Shown in pieces: positions 1 through 12,498 of a stretch of DNA of 64,000 nt. The notes beneath the pieces are model-generated. The model was given only the letters and a program-made list of their open reading frames with translations. It was not told the DNA's origin and did not search any database. Position numbers and translations under genes: made by a program. Origin of the DNA: Epithemia pelagica (taxonomy: Eukaryota > Protista > Bacillariophyta); assembly GCA_946965045.2 (NCBI GenBank), contig OX337228.1, positions 3,348,001-3,412,000 on the forward strand. The letters are read 5' to 3'. Each line of letters begins with the position of its first letter. Within the stretch, counting starts at the first letter, position 1.

Positions 1-690
1 GTCGCTCCACTTTCCTTCACCTGTTCCTCAGCAATCCGACGCTGGAAAGCATGCTTCTGGGAGGGGGTCAGTGCGAAAGCTCGAGACGCCACCTTCGGGG
101 AAGAAGTTACTTTCTTCGGGGTCACATAAGACTCTGGAGTCTTGTTCTCGACGTCGTCCTCCTTCTTGATCTCCTTCTCGGGCTTGCTGTCGGGCTTGTT
201 GTCGGGCTTGCTGTTGGGTTTGGTGTCTGTGGCAGCAGAGGGCGCGTCGTGAGAAAGGGAGACTCAAAACCAACAATGAACAATCAAACTTACCTTCTTT
301 GCCGACAGCCTCGATCGCAAGGAGCTCTGCCGCGATATCCGACAGGTTAGCGCATTCGACGTCCTTGTTGCTGACGAAGAACACTGGGATACCATCTTCA
401 TCCCCAATGGTGAGTTGCCACTGTTTTGCGCGCTCGTGCCACGACGAAGGACCCTCAAGGTTGAAGGTCACATGCTTCTTTGTCGAAGCGGGAGACTTCG
501 TCGTCGTCGTCTTCTTCTTCTTCGACGTTTTGTTGTCCACGGCCGTCTTTGTCTTCATTTTCTTGTTTGCCTTGTTTCCCTTGTTTCCCTTGTCGGAGGG
601 AAATGCGGTTGTGGAGGGAGCTGCGGCGGAGTCCTCCTGCTCCTTCTTCGCAGACTCAGCTCGTTTGGTAGCACTACGCGTCTGGCGCAT
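1..690 (-). CDS. Partial uncharacterised K/T/E-rich protein; exons 690-294 and 226-<1, running off the window edge
   Basis: ATG at 690 (MRQTRSATKR...). GTAAGT...CACAG intron at 293-227 restores an open frame (EG|DTKPNSKPDSKPDNKPEKEIKKE...) to position 1. No recognisable domain. Confidence 0.55.
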
Positions 691-861
691 CGTTGGAAAG
701 TGAGAACACAATAGGGATTCGTTCGTTTGATTGTTGTGTTTGTTTGTTTGATTGTTGCCCGCTCTCCGTTCTTGTGTCATCTAGGGAATCCCCCCGCGCT
801 CATTCGTGAACAATATCGGCGCGCGCCACAAAATCAACTTGCAGCATGAAGCAACTTCCGA

Positions 862-1434
862 ATGACCCGCCGTGCAATGGAACAATCAAACAGAGACGAC
901 AGGAAGAGGCAAGGAAGAAGAAACAAGATGACCAACATGAGGACGAAGTTCGAGTTCAACGAAGAGGATGGCCGTGAGGGTGGTGCTGGTCTCCCGTTCA
1001 AGTCGTGCTTTTATGCCAGCGATGTTTGCGCGCTCATCGGGCCCATGTCGAGAAACAAGGACACTGGCCACAACATCGTCGACCGTGGCCATCTGCTTGT
1101 GCAGCGGGAGCTTGCGACCGACTACCTACGGATTGCAGTCTTTGACCGGGATGCAACAAGCGAGCATGAGGAACCAGCGTTGGTTGTTCCAGTTGGGTTC
1201 ATTGCTCTGTCGCACCTGGACCAGGTCTCTGGAAAGACGAGCAAGAACGGACCTCCCATGGGATGCATCCGCCTCTACACACGCTGCTCCATCAACCCTA
1301 AAGCCTGCATGGAACCCCAGGTCGTTACAATCTACATGGGAAGCAAGGATATGGATCGCTTCAACATTTCGCTTGGTGCGATGATGCTCAAGCACCCGCT
1401 TCAAAATCTCTTCTTTAATCATCAACAAGCCTAG
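862..1434 (+). CDS. Uncharacterised 190-aa protein, divergent from the previous gene
   Basis: ATG-started ORF with globular-looking composition; no motif recognised. Confidence 0.5.
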   Translation: MTRRAMEQSNRDDRKRQGRRNKMTNMRTKFEFNEEDGREGGAGLPFKSCFYASDVCALIGPMSRNKDTGHNIVDRGHLLVQRELATDYLRIAVFDRDATSEHEEPALVVPVGFIALSHLDQVSGKTSKNGPPMGCIRLYTRCSINPKACMEPQVVTIYMGSKDMDRFNISLGAMMLKHPLQNLFFNHQQA

Positions 1435-2459
1435 ATAGTGAACAATGTAGCAGCGTTTTATGATTATCATTTGAGTAGGATCTTCATTCTCTATGAATAC
1501 GATCTAATTCTATAGTTGTGTTACGTTTACCGTACAATACATTGCGTTCAGGTACGGCTGTGTGAGTCACAACAAAGAAAAGAACATCAATCTTTGTTGT
1601 GAACGACGCAACTTCTAGTCTAAGTTCCATATATCTAACGAGAAGAATATCAATTTTTGACGTGAACAACGCTACAAGTGTTCATAGTCTTTGTTCTATC
1701 TTCTATCATTCGATTCTACAATAGAGGTGCATTGGTTGCACCAAGTTTTGCCGTGAGTCGCCGTAGTAAATCGCGCGGCGACCACCTTCAACTAGATAAA
1801 ACGACACCTACAAAACGAATGCAGCGCCGACATCGTTCTCCATGCTCAACCCATGAATGGAGAAGAGGTTCAGAGCATGGGATCATGGAGCCGTCTCCTA
1901 TTTGGCAAGAGATCGGTCAAAAGGACCGTTCACCATGGTCAATTTTTGGTAGAACGGTAGAGGCATAAATAGAAGGGCTATATTAAGGGGATGGCTCGCG
2001 CGGATTACGTAGATTTCCTACTGGAGCGCTACGTCAGGAACATTCTGTCTGAACTCAGCTTGTAGGGCCAAGCCAGTTATTACAGTTGGCTTGGACGTTA
2101 TACTAATGTGCTAAATCAAAAGAAATTTGAAAGAAATAATTTTTACATTTTTAGGAAAATTTGGGAATAACCGTATGGACAGCAGACGGGAGGTACCCCC
2201 GCATTGTGTGGTCGTCGGAGAGAAAAACGAGAACCTCCTCGAGACACACCCTATCTGCTATTCATGTCAACTCCATGAAAGCGATCTATGACTATTAACG
2301 TATCACCGATGAGGAGTCCAGGTCGTGACTCAACCTCAAACCCAAATTTTACACACGCCCCAGCGCAGAACATTGAAAGAACACAAATAAGATGGCAAGA
2401 GATCGATAAAGGATAAAGGGCAAGGACGTGAATGCCGTTGGTGCACTGAGAACTGGGAA

Positions 2460-4040
2460 ATGACTACGACATCATGCAAGGAATCTGATACACCTTCGAC
2501 GGATATGAGATCGGTTGGAGCCGCCATGGTGTCGTTGGCGAACCAGCCGATGCTTCGACAAAATGAGCTGAACAGTCCTCGTTCCACCGAGCCTCGTACG
2601 AATGCCAGTGTTGGTACCGGTGAGGGAAGAAAGAGGCACCACGAACCTGTTGAGTCGTCGTCGAATCCAGGTAAAGCAGGACAACTATCCTATGAAAAGT
2701 CAGACAATGGGCGCGACATGGCGGACGATTCGTCAGATGATTCAGATGACAATAGTTCGGATGAAGCGGCTGATGTTCCTTCATGGAAGACTAGTGATCA
2801 CCGAGCCTTCATTGAGGCTGTATTTCATGTGGGTATTCGCCAGGCCTCTCCTTCAGTGATTCTGGAACTGATGCAGAACGAAGACAACCAACCTCTCACC
2901 ACTGAACGTGTCAAGTCGCGGCTTCAGAAATATCGCAACAATTTTAGGCGATCACATGCCGAATTCATGCACGAGTATGATCTTTGGATGGCCAAAGCGA
3001 TGGCAGTCGGTCGGTCAGGCTGTGCCTCGAACTATGCGGAACCTAGTGCTATCTTGGAAATGATGGGCATTGAAAAGTTGATGGGTGGTGATGTTGCTGC
3101 ATACTTGACTTACAGCTGCATGGCAGAGGACTCGAAAGAAACCGAGTCGAAAGGGGAATCTGACCCACTTCTTATGGCACAGCAGTATGATCAGTTGGTT
3201 GGAAGTGGAGAAAATCTAGACGGTCTCACACCCCAGCAACTCTGGAATGGCTCGCAAGAGTACACAAAAATTTTTACCGGCTCAAAGATATCTTTGCCAA
3301 CGCTCACCGACAAGGAACGTGCGTCAGCTCTGGGTATCTCCTTAAACCATGTTATATCACTTTTCTACTCCATGACACAGCATGTCATGCAAAAGAGAGC
3401 AAATGGGGAATCAGCTTCTCTAGAGAAAACAATGAACCAACAGGAAGAGGAAGACGAGAACCAAGAAGAGCCCAAGAAGAAGAAACGAAAGCCACCACCA
3501 CAACCGAAATCTCCATCGCCAGAGCGACCAGAAGAAGCAAGGCCGGAGCAGAAATGCCCCCCAGAGTTACCACGTCAAGAACAGGCAGCGCAGGCCTTGT
3601 ACACGATGGCCGATGTGGCCGCAGGGTCATCAATATCACATGGTTTATCGAACGCTTCTACATCTACAGATGCCGTTCCTTTGTCATCCGCAGCCAGTTC
3701 CTCTGTGCATCACCCTTTGCTGTTACAGCGGCACAGCAGAAGCGCTGGATTGGACGATTACCATTTTATGCAGCAGCAGTTGCCTCGGGCGCATCGTAGT
3801 GAGGCTGCAGCGATGGCTCCTTTGATGCATCACCAACTCAACATTGGCAATGGAGGTACCCACTATCCGGGGGGAACACTTCATCTTCAATCTCCGGCAT
3901 CTTTGCCATTGGCTTCAGGGTCGTACTCCCTGGCTTCATCACTTCCTAGTATAGGGGCCCTACCTCATGCAGCCCCAGGGCAGCAGTGCATTGTCTATGT
4001 GCAGGTCCCCGAGAACAGTCGCGTATCTCGTCAAAGCTAA
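2460..4040 (+). CDS. Myb-like SHAQKYF/GARP-class transcription factor
   Basis: W..DHRAFIEAVFHVGIRQASPSVILELMQ...LTTERVKSRLQKYR matches the GARP/SHAQKYF helix-turn-helix pattern. Confidence 0.8.
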   Translation: MTTTSCKESDTPSTDMRSVGAAMVSLANQPMLRQNELNSPRSTEPRTNASVGTGEGRKRHHEPVESSSNPGKAGQLSYEKSDNGRDMADDSSDDSDDNSSDEAADVPSWKTSDHRAFIEAVFHVGIRQASPSVILELMQNEDNQPLTTERVKSRLQKYRNNFRRSHAEFMHEYDLWMAKAMAVGRSGCASNYAEPSAILEMMGIEKLMGGDVAAYLTYSCMAEDSKETESKGESDPLLMAQQYDQLVGSGENLDGLTPQQLWNGSQEYTKIFTGSKISLPTLTDKERASALGISLNHVISLFYSMTQHVMQKRANGESASLEKTMNQQEEEDENQEEPKKKKRKPPPQPKSPSPERPEEARPEQKCPPELPRQEQAAQALYTMADVAAGSSISHGLSNASTSTDAVPLSSAASSSVHHPLLLQRHSRSAGLDDYHFMQQQLPRAHRSEAAAMAPLMHHQLNIGNGGTHYPGGTLHLQSPASLPLASGSYSLASSLPSIGALPHAAPGQQCIVYVQVPENSRVSRQS

Positions 4041-4193
4041 ATCTTTCATCGATAGAGAACCTCTTATAATCTAGAACTGTCATATTCATGATAAACAGAA
4101 TGCTGTACTTATTGCTCAGTCGTCGACAAAGTTGTAAATTGTGACGTTAAAGAAGCATTGCTCGAGGAGAAAATAGAACGCCAGCACGAGATT

Positions 4194-6452
4194 CTAAATG
4201 AACAGCGATGTAGCACTTGCATCCAGTGAATGTCCTTCCGCAGCAGACACCAGTAAAGCTCTGCACATTGCTTTAATGGAAGCACCGTTCATGCCTTGTG
4301 TTTGAGATGACAACCGCTGAACAAAAGAATCGAAGTTTTCGTTTATCTGGTCCTGTTCTAAAACTTTAAGTTCACGCGTAATCATTTCATGTCGGGCATC
4401 AATGCCAGGCAATCCCAACATGGCCGATTTTGACAACCGGCCCGACCTGACTAAAGCAGGATCGATCCACTTCTCACTGCGTGTTGTTCCAATCACAGCG
4501 ATGCCCCCTTTATGATCACTGTGGATCTCAACCCCATCCAACTCCACCAGGAGGGTCGAAAGGACTCGATCTAGTGATCCTTCGGTGGTCGCATCATTCC
4601 CCCGAACAGCAGCAATGTTTTCGATCCCGTCCAACAGAAGTATACACGGCGAGGCATCACGGGCAACTGAAAATAGACTCCGAAGTGCCTTTTCTGAGCC
4701 ACCCACTTCTTTGTGAATAAGAGAAGTACATGCCACGTCGATAAAAGTAATATTTGGCAAGATTGTCGATGCATATTGTGCGGCAGCAAATGCGAGCGAG
4801 GTCTTGCCCGTACCAGACTCTCCACAGAGCAATATACCACCGCAAAATGCCTTCTCGCTCCCTCGTTGGTCATGGCTCACAAGTTTTGACAATTCTTCTC
4901 TCTGACAAAGAGGAACCAACACATATCTTTGGATCTGGTTCCACACAGTCTGTACGTCAGCTCCATAAAGTCCTAACTCGAATGATTTTGAGGTATTCGT
5001 CTGTCTGTAAAGATCCTCCCCCGAGTAAACGCTCATGTCAAGAACGTCTTTAAGAACCCCGTTGCGCAGGGAGTTGGGTTTCTTTCTCACGATGGCTGTG
5101 TGAAGTACATCAAAAAGAGAGTCTTTGGGATCAAGATCGTTGGAACCAAGGTCTCGAACTGCCTCTCCACATAACTGCGAGAGCTCCAAGTAGGAGCGGC
5201 CAACAAGACAATCAACAATGGACGAATTCCCCGCTTGATACAGGTACTTTCCATAAGGGCCAAAGCATGATGAGACAAAGTCCTTCCTTTCCTTGTGGCC
5301 CGGTGGATCTAGATGAAACAAGTGGCCCAGCCTGGAACATAAACACTCAACGAAAGACGAAGATGTACATATCAAGAGCGTACATGAGTTGCATAGCGGC
5401 ATGCTGTCAATGAGGCACATGAGGGAGTTCCGTATCCTGGTAGTTGCGTGATCGGGAGAGTCAGACATACTGATTCCCCAGCCGTTTGGAGAAAGAAGAA
5501 CGTCCACATTATCAAGTATAATAATTGATCTCTGTCCGGGTTGACTTGCGGCATGGAATAGTGAGAACAAACGATCTTCTGAATCACCTACAGTTGCTCC
5601 CAACAAGTCTCGAGGTAACCCAGGTCGAAATACATTTACGGGAGGAGACTGGCCCACTGCAAGGTCGACAACACCATCACATGCATAAGATTTGCCACTG
5701 CCCTGAGGGCCCTGAACAAGTGCCGAAATGAACTGCTGATCCACTGTCCTGCTTTCAGTCGTTGAAAGAAAAGACATAGCAAGATCCAAAACAGATTTAG
5801 GAGAGTCCTCTGACTTGTATCCTGGAAATAATTGTGAAGAAGGCTGCGTCTCGACACTCTCCGTGATTGTAGATTTAACCACCCTTAGATTCTCGGGAGG
5901 CATCGATGAAGACATACAGCGATTCACTTGACGAATTACGTGTCCGTTCCGAAGAATGTCTCGTCCTAAACATGCTTCAAGGCATGCCATTTTATGAACC
6001 AAAACAGAGGTATCTGCACGGGTGAAGTGATTCATTTGTTTGGTCTCATTGTAGAAAGAATCCAACAACACTACAAGGTCACTTGTTGTCCTTTTCTCTT
6101 CTAAGAGCTGATTTCGAAAATCGACTGAAAGAAGATCGATCAATGATTTCCAACCATCTTGATTTTGGCGTGGCAATCTAATCGTTGCCTCGTTACTTGC
6201 GTCATTAACGGATGCCTCCTCGCGGGACATATTGGAAAGAAAAAGATCCGCAGCTTGTCTTGTATTCTGCAATGCCGTCTCTGTTTTCAGCAGATTATCG
6301 GACACATCGTTATCTTGGTCCAATACACTGCGAAGGTGCGACACCCAATTCAAAAAGGAAACCCGATGTTTCGTGGAACCGCGCAAGTCGTCGCATCCAA
6401 TAAGATCAACCACGTGATATAGTTCAGCCACCGCCCTGGTCTCGGCTTGCAT
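4194..6452 (-). CDS. Double-domain AAA+ ATPase (CDC48/AFG2/PEX-like family)
   Basis: Two Walker A motifs (GPQGSGKS, GESGTGKT), Walker B-like IIILDNVD and ILLLDGIE, and an SRH region TTRSEKWIDPALVRSGRL. Confidence 0.85.
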   Translation of the reverse strand: MQAETRAVAELYHVVDLIGCDDLRGSTKHRVSFLNWVSHLRSVLDQDNDVSDNLLKTETALQNTRQAADLFLSNMSREEASVNDASNEATIRLPRQNQDGWKSLIDLLSVDFRNQLLEEKRTTSDLVVLLDSFYNETKQMNHFTRADTSVLVHKMACLEACLGRDILRNGHVIRQVNRCMSSSMPPENLRVVKSTITESVETQPSSQLFPGYKSEDSPKSVLDLAMSFLSTTESRTVDQQFISALVQGPQGSGKSYACDGVVDLAVGQSPPVNVFRPGLPRDLLGATVGDSEDRLFSLFHAASQPGQRSIIILDNVDVLLSPNGWGISMSDSPDHATTRIRNSLMCLIDSMPLCNSCTLLICTSSSFVECLCSRLGHLFHLDPPGHKERKDFVSSCFGPYGKYLYQAGNSSIVDCLVGRSYLELSQLCGEAVRDLGSNDLDPKDSLFDVLHTAIVRKKPNSLRNGVLKDVLDMSVYSGEDLYRQTNTSKSFELGLYGADVQTVWNQIQRYVLVPLCQREELSKLVSHDQRGSEKAFCGGILLCGESGTGKTSLAFAAAQYASTILPNITFIDVACTSLIHKEVGGSEKALRSLFSVARDASPCILLLDGIENIAAVRGNDATTEGSLDRVLSTLLVELDGVEIHSDHKGGIAVIGTTRSEKWIDPALVRSGRLSKSAMLGLPGIDARHEMITRELKVLEQDQINENFDSFVQRLSSQTQGMNGASIKAMCRALLVSAAEGHSLDASATSLFI

Positions 6453-6565
6453 CTTCGTGTTGTTCGATCATTCGCAATTTGTGCGTCCACATTCCACTTC
6501 CACAGAGTTACTGCCACCGCCGTCGCCATGGCCCCTAGAATCCGTGGTGCGCGTGCAGTCCCCTG

Positions 6566-7039
6566 ATGAACAAAACAGATCCTCAAATATCTTGCACGTC
6601 AGCAAATTACATCATCATGACGTCATATATCCGGGTAGTTATCAGGAATCAGGATGGTAAGGTTACTCAGCTTACTCCTCCTACAAGGAAAAACAACCAT
6701 GGCACTCCTAAGAAATTGCCTACAAGGAAAAACAACCATGGCACTCCTAAGAAATTGAGCTACTCCTATGTGCCTAATACCTTTACCCAACTACGTTCTA
6801 AGGCTGAACTCAGTCGAACATCATATCTCGCTTTTAGTGATGAGACGTCTAGCAAGGGACCAGTATACCGCCTCAATGTATTTGTCCAGAACAACAACCA
6901 TGATAAGAAATTACACTCTGTGCTTACTTTCGTCAAGTCTTGGCTCCCTTTCACACTTTCCCCACGCCCGCCGATTTGGGCAACCGGGTCCATGCGGAAT
7001 CCGAAACAGTGGTTTCTAATCCACCTCCCTACCGAGTAA
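6566..7039 (+). CDS. Possible small uncharacterised protein containing a 13-aa duplication
   Basis: 157-aa ORF filling the gap between the AAA gene and Nup155; no domain recognised. Confidence 0.3.
   Translation: MNKTDPQISCTSANYIIMTSYIRVVIRNQDGKVTQLTPPTRKNNHGTPKKLPTRKNNHGTPKKLSYSYVPNTFTQLRSKAELSRTSYLAFSDETSSKGPVYRLNVFVQNNNHDKKLHSVLTFVKSWLPFTLSPRPPIWATGSMRNPKQWFLIHLPTE
6680..6757. repeat. Perfect 39-bp tandem duplication
   Basis: CCTACAAGGAAAAACAACCATGGCACTCCTAAGAAATTG at 6680-6718 and 6719-6757. Confidence 0.95.
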
Positions 7040-7081
7040 ATATAGTCGCCGCCCAACACTCCAGCTGCTTCGACCTTCCCA

Positions 7082-10000
7082 TCAAATAGAAACAAGAAGT
7101 GAAATCGACTCTTCCACATCCTCAATGGCCTTGATTAGATAGTCAGTCCCTTGAATTTGCTCGACATCTAAGCGCAATGAGTTTAGTTTGGGCATCAAGT
7201 CACCAGTTGACATCGCACGAGACAACTCAACATGTGCAGCACTGTGCTGCCCGGCTCTCTGACCAGCAGATCGACTCGCAGAGACCCACACCTGAAAAAG
7301 TTCTACCAAGGCAGATGCCCGGACAAGAGTCCTACTTCCATCCGCTCCACCAAGCTTCTCATAGCAGGCAAGAATAGCAAGGTAAGGAACGCCTGCTTCG
7401 CATAGAGTTATCAAAGGCCACCCAAACGATAGATTTGGATTATGCTCACGTAGGACTTCCAGTTGTTCCAAAATAAAAATGACCGGAAAAGTGAAGTCTG
7501 CCCCGTTGCCGTATAACTGATGACCTCGTTCGACTACCATATCGTGCACCGGAGCCACCCATGTCCCGTCCTCGAAGAGAGGCAAGTCAGAAGTCTCAGC
7601 TGTCTCCGAAAGATGTATGACGCGGTCAGCAAGGTCCACCTCTCCTGCAAACTCTTCAAGGAATTGAAATACATGGAGATCTCTTGAGCAACAAGGAAGT
7701 ATCTTCTCACAAAACGAGTTCTTCCAAACCGTTCGGATGACATCTTCATCCCCGTACCGGCACAAGTGAAACATGACCAAGCAGAGATCAAAAAATGGAA
7801 CTCGTGCAATAAAACTGTACAATGGGGTTGCTTCACACAGACTTGTTTTCAAACGTTCGAATTCTGACCCATCGACGTCTTGAGGAAACTCCGGTAATGA
7901 GTCGATCCTTCTGACAACCTGGTCTTGTAGAGCAGCGAGTCTCAAACAATCTTCTGACTCCGCAGAGTATTTGGTCAACTCTTGATCAGCTGTTCTTGAG
8001 TATGCGCTACCACTACTTTGCGCCGAGCGAAACGATTGAACTGCCCTCGTGAGCCATTCAATTCGTGTTCCAAGCTGAATCATATCATTTGAGCGAGCGT
8101 GATCAAAAGCAACTCGCCCTGCTTCTATATATTTTTCGAGTACGCTGTAATGGCGCCACAGGAGGCTAGGGTCATTCTTTTCGACGAGAAAGCTTTCAGA
8201 CTCTGGCGAATCAATGGCAAGAAGCGTATCAACGTGTGAGTTATCGAGTAGGTATGAGAAAAAGCTCGCCAAGAATGATTTGTCAGTCACCGCGCAGCAC
8301 GCAGAAACCATTTGATGGGCAAGCGGTCGGTCTGACTGAAGAAGCTCTTCTAGGTGGACAAACACGAGTGCGTAGCATGTTTCGATGGCATCCTTAGCGG
8401 CAACTGAAGTTCCGTAGACTGCCGAGGACGTGACAATTTCTTTATCCACGAAAGTCTGCCGTTCAATGGTGCTTTGTTGCTTGTGATAGAGATCAGATTC
8501 CCAGGGTAGCATTCCATCATATTTGGTTTGATCCATGGAGCTGACAGGCATCTTCAATGACTTGAAATTTTGAGAAGTCGTCAAACATATTTCAACCACA
8601 CTAGTGACATCTCCAAGTTTAACCAGCAAATCAACTGCTCTCGCCAGGGGGCTGCTGTATCTGACAGCGCGCTCGGCAATCTGCCGAAACGTTTCCCCTT
8701 CACTGCCTCTAACGACTCTTCCAGAGATCAATGAGGCACCATGCCAATAGAGAGCTGCTTGTATCAGACGTGAAGAAGCTTGCTCTCCCATCTCTTTTCG
8801 TTGGAATGATCCTGGTGGGTGTGATAGAGCTTGATTTGCAAGTCGAAGTCCTTGGTATGTGAAACGAGAAACCGGCGGAAAGAAGAGGTAACAACCCTGA
8901 GCCAAATCCTCTGCAAGACGATCCGTCTGACTCGTCAAGAACGTGTGTGAGGGTTCTGAAGCCGTGGCAACTACCAGCTCATTTAGAAGCGTTTCCAACC
9001 TTTCATGACCCTCAGAAGTCTGAACAAGGTCAGCAACGGTGACACCATGAAGAAGCCCCCAATCAGCTCCAGGGAGCCCCCCTGTGCTCTCTGCTTTCCT
9101 CAGCAACGATAGCACGTCGAGAAGCTGTACCACCAGGGTAACTAGTCGATATATGCAGTGAATGTTCCTTTCTTCAAGCACATGCGCAAGATTGTCACAC
9201 TCTTTGGGTGTGAGCGGAGTAGCCGAGTCGCCAGTTGAGCTTCGAAACTGACTATGATACTGCAGAGCTTGCGTAAAATAATGTTGCTCTTGAGAATCTG
9301 TCTCAATCCCGAAAAGCTGTTGACCCAGAGTTCCCGGCACTACATCAATCGCTCTTGTAAATACAGTTTTCATGAGCGAGAGCAAAGCCTGACAAGGCGC
9401 AGCGATTTCTTCCAGAGACGACTCGTCTAGAAGTAGCTCCACTTTGGACGATGTCAGTGTTTTCTTCATTCCCCACCGCATCTTTATTGAGCGACCCTCT
9501 GTAACCACAACCAGTGGCTTGTGCCACAATGGGCGTAGCAGTCGGGAAGCCAATGAAAAGAGACCTTCACTCAGAGCCGACGGACGGAATACATATCCAA
9601 TTGGAACACAGTTATCCGTAGCGTTTGAAAATATGTACGATGATACCACGGTGTTCATTTGATCTTCTCGTACAAGCTTCGGTTTGTATGCTCGAGCTAA
9701 AGCAGCGGCAGAAGCTCTTCGACGAAGTAGCTGGCTCTGTGCGACAGATGCCTGAGCTGGACCGCAACCAATAGCAAGTGCAAGACACATAGCACATCCC
9801 TCTTTGTACCCATACGATGTGAAGAAACTCGTTACTTTTGAATCATTTCCAACATTCTCTCCAGCGTCCATGAGTGCGTCCGAAAGCGATGATATTACCG
9901 TTTCGAACTCGAATTTGTGAAGCCCCTGAACATTTATTGCAGTAATACATTTGTTCATTTTGTATAAGTGTTGTTTTGTCCACTGGTTGAGAGACTGAAT

Positions 10001-12498
10001 GGGAGGTTGCAGGAGCCAACGGCGAAGTCTGGCAGCTCTCGTGTGAGAAACGCTCTGGGTGTGTTTCGTACTAGCTTTTGAACTCTGTGGCTGCGTTCGT
10101 CTGTTTTCGGCGGCACTTAAGCTAAAGCCATTTATGCCTGTTCGTTTTGAAAGTCTATAAACACTCTGGTCCTCATTTGAACTTGAACTTCGCCCATGAT
10201 TCAATCCGTGATCTATCGGGAGCCCGACGAATCTATTCACAATGACATTCATCATTACTGATCGAAGAGATGAGGAACTCGGGACCATGGCCACATTTGT
10301 TATTTTTGAGCGAATGTCCGCATCCGTTGATCGTTGACGAATCTGGGACGGTGGATAGAAGATAGGTGGAAGGCCAACCTCCAATTCGGCATTTGATGGT
10401 GTGGGAGACTTCAAAACAAGATTCATTGTGGGTGAATTCTCTGTGTGATCGGAATCAATATCCCACACAAGTCCTCCGTGAAGCACACGGGACGCTGCAG
10501 CCTGCCCTTGAGCGTTCACAATAGGAAACGATACGCTTTCGTTCAAACCCCCAGCAATTTCTAACGTCGTGCCATTGTGTCTACTATCGCGGGGCCTAGC
10601 AACCGTGTCCGGCGCCACAGCGACTATGGTATCGCATCCCGTAGATGCTGTGGAACCTTGGAGTGCCACAACCCACTGTCCTTCTCTATAGAACGAGGCA
10701 TCGACGCCTGAAGTCTTGGTTCTCAAAACTCGTGGAACCATTCCACCCAAAAGATCAGCGGACCACGATGAAGGAGCTACAGGGTCAACCGAATTGGATT
10801 CAAGCACTGGAGGAGGTGACCGGATGTGGCAGAGCGTGAGCTTGTTTCCAAAAGAGCGAGATCGACTGCCATTGGTCAGTGATATGGATCCACTACTTAA
10901 AGCCGATGAAGATAGAGCAGAGAAGTAAAGGCGAAGGCCGCCCCCAGTGACCACCATGAGTGTCAAACGAGCAGATTCTTCCAGCGGAATCACGTGCAAT
11001 CCAACAGGGGTAACCATGGGATGGGCGTCCGAACGTTTCTGACCATTTTGTCGACCAGAACTGTTTCGTTGCCAATCCGCTTGCTTCAGAATGTCGCGAG
11101 CTCCTTCCATGCCCCCAACACCAGCCTGTGCCCCTGATCCACCTCCGGGGAAATGAATAAAGCCGATAGTCGAAGAGCTACTGTTTGGTGGAAACATTTG
11201 ACCTCTTGAAACCGCTTCAAGGTAAACTCGTGCAGTTCTAGGAACATCGCAAACCGCGACACAAGATGCAGTGTTCGGCTGGCCGACGTCAAAAACTGAC
11301 ACCCAACCCTTCTCGCTAAGTGTGTAGAGAATACGTCGCTGGTTATCAACTTTCAATTGAACAAGGCGACCTCCATTCTGGGAGGTAGGGCCACCAAAAA
11401 CCATGGAAGACACGCGACGAACCACGTTGGGGACAAGAGATGTCACAACAGATGACGCCTGCGTTGTTCTGTTCAGTTTACGGCATTTTCGAGGACCAAG
11501 GTCAGAGGACATGGTCGCAGAATCTAGTGAGCGCTTTCCCAATTTCCAAAAGACTTCAGAAACACTGGGCAAAGCAGAGGGATCAACAACAACATCAGGT
11601 ATGTTTTTTGTTCCGTCATAAAACTGATCAAGCTGAGACTCTATGGACTTTCCATTTGTGAAGCCACTAAAATAATCACCATCCAAGGAAAGGTCTTCAT
11701 AGACCATCTCGTGCACACAGCCGTCATCGCCACCCAGAAAAACTCGTCCATCTTCGGTGCCCACGACACATGTCATGCGGATAAGGTCCGTCGGCGATAA
11801 GAAGGACGTAGGAATCATGGTCAAATAACCGTCAATGCGAGCCAAAGCCAACAACATCACTTCCTCAGGCGTGGTCAACACCAAACACCACTCCACGATG
11901 TCCTTGAACACTCCTATGAGCAGCCAACGTAAAATATGGAAAACGATTTGAGGAAGTGATAATTTGCATCTTCGTGGATCTTGTCACAGAAAAACTGGAA
12001 ATCCTTACCTTGTTTCGGTTTGACCAGAGCGACTGTTAGAATTGGTTGTTTGCGAGGATTCTCAAAGCACTGAATTTTCCCCTGAGAGGGGTCTTCGGAG
12101 GAGAACAAGAAGAGCCTCTCGTCAACCGTCATCCATGCCATTGAAACAGGAAGCAACAGCCCCATGAAAGAACATGTCTTTACCTGGTTCAATGCATCTG
12201 TCAGCATTGGCGGCAGTGGGAGTGACTGCCGATGTTTCAAGGATATCGTTGGTAGCGACAAAGCATGCTCTGATACAGAGGATGGTGATACAATAGTTGC
12301 AGCAGAACTTCGATCACGTGGCAACGACATATTTGATTTGAAGTATAGATGCGAATTTTCGCTCGATTGTGTCAGGCGTCGGTAAAGATCGGCATCTGGT
12401 GCATTCTCATCGTCGCGCAACGCTTGAAGGATTGCCTTCCCTGCCCATTGCAAAGGTCGATAATCGTCTTTCCAGAAGTCCTCCATACTTTGTGCCAT
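7082..12498 (-). CDS. NUP155: Nucleoporin Nup155/Nup170; exons 12498-12009 and 11913-7082
   Basis: AWMTVDERLFL, PILTVALVKPKQG|VFKDIVEWCLVLTTPEEV, GRVFLGGDDGCVHEMVY and LCHIRSPP are Nup155 N-terminal motifs. A 95-bp GTAAGG...TAG intron (12008-11914) joins the two ORFs in frame. Confidence 0.9.

Noticed and set aside
1580-1676. Two imperfect copies of about 35 bp (ATCAAT.TTTG..GTGAAC.ACGC.AC)
   Set aside because: Only two degenerate units, not a CRISPR-like array; no function can be supported.
2068-2094. CCAAGCCA-N11-TGGCTTGG hairpin and AT-rich stretch as an element end
   Set aside because: An 8-bp stem is expected by chance in 64 kb, and no partner end is in the window.
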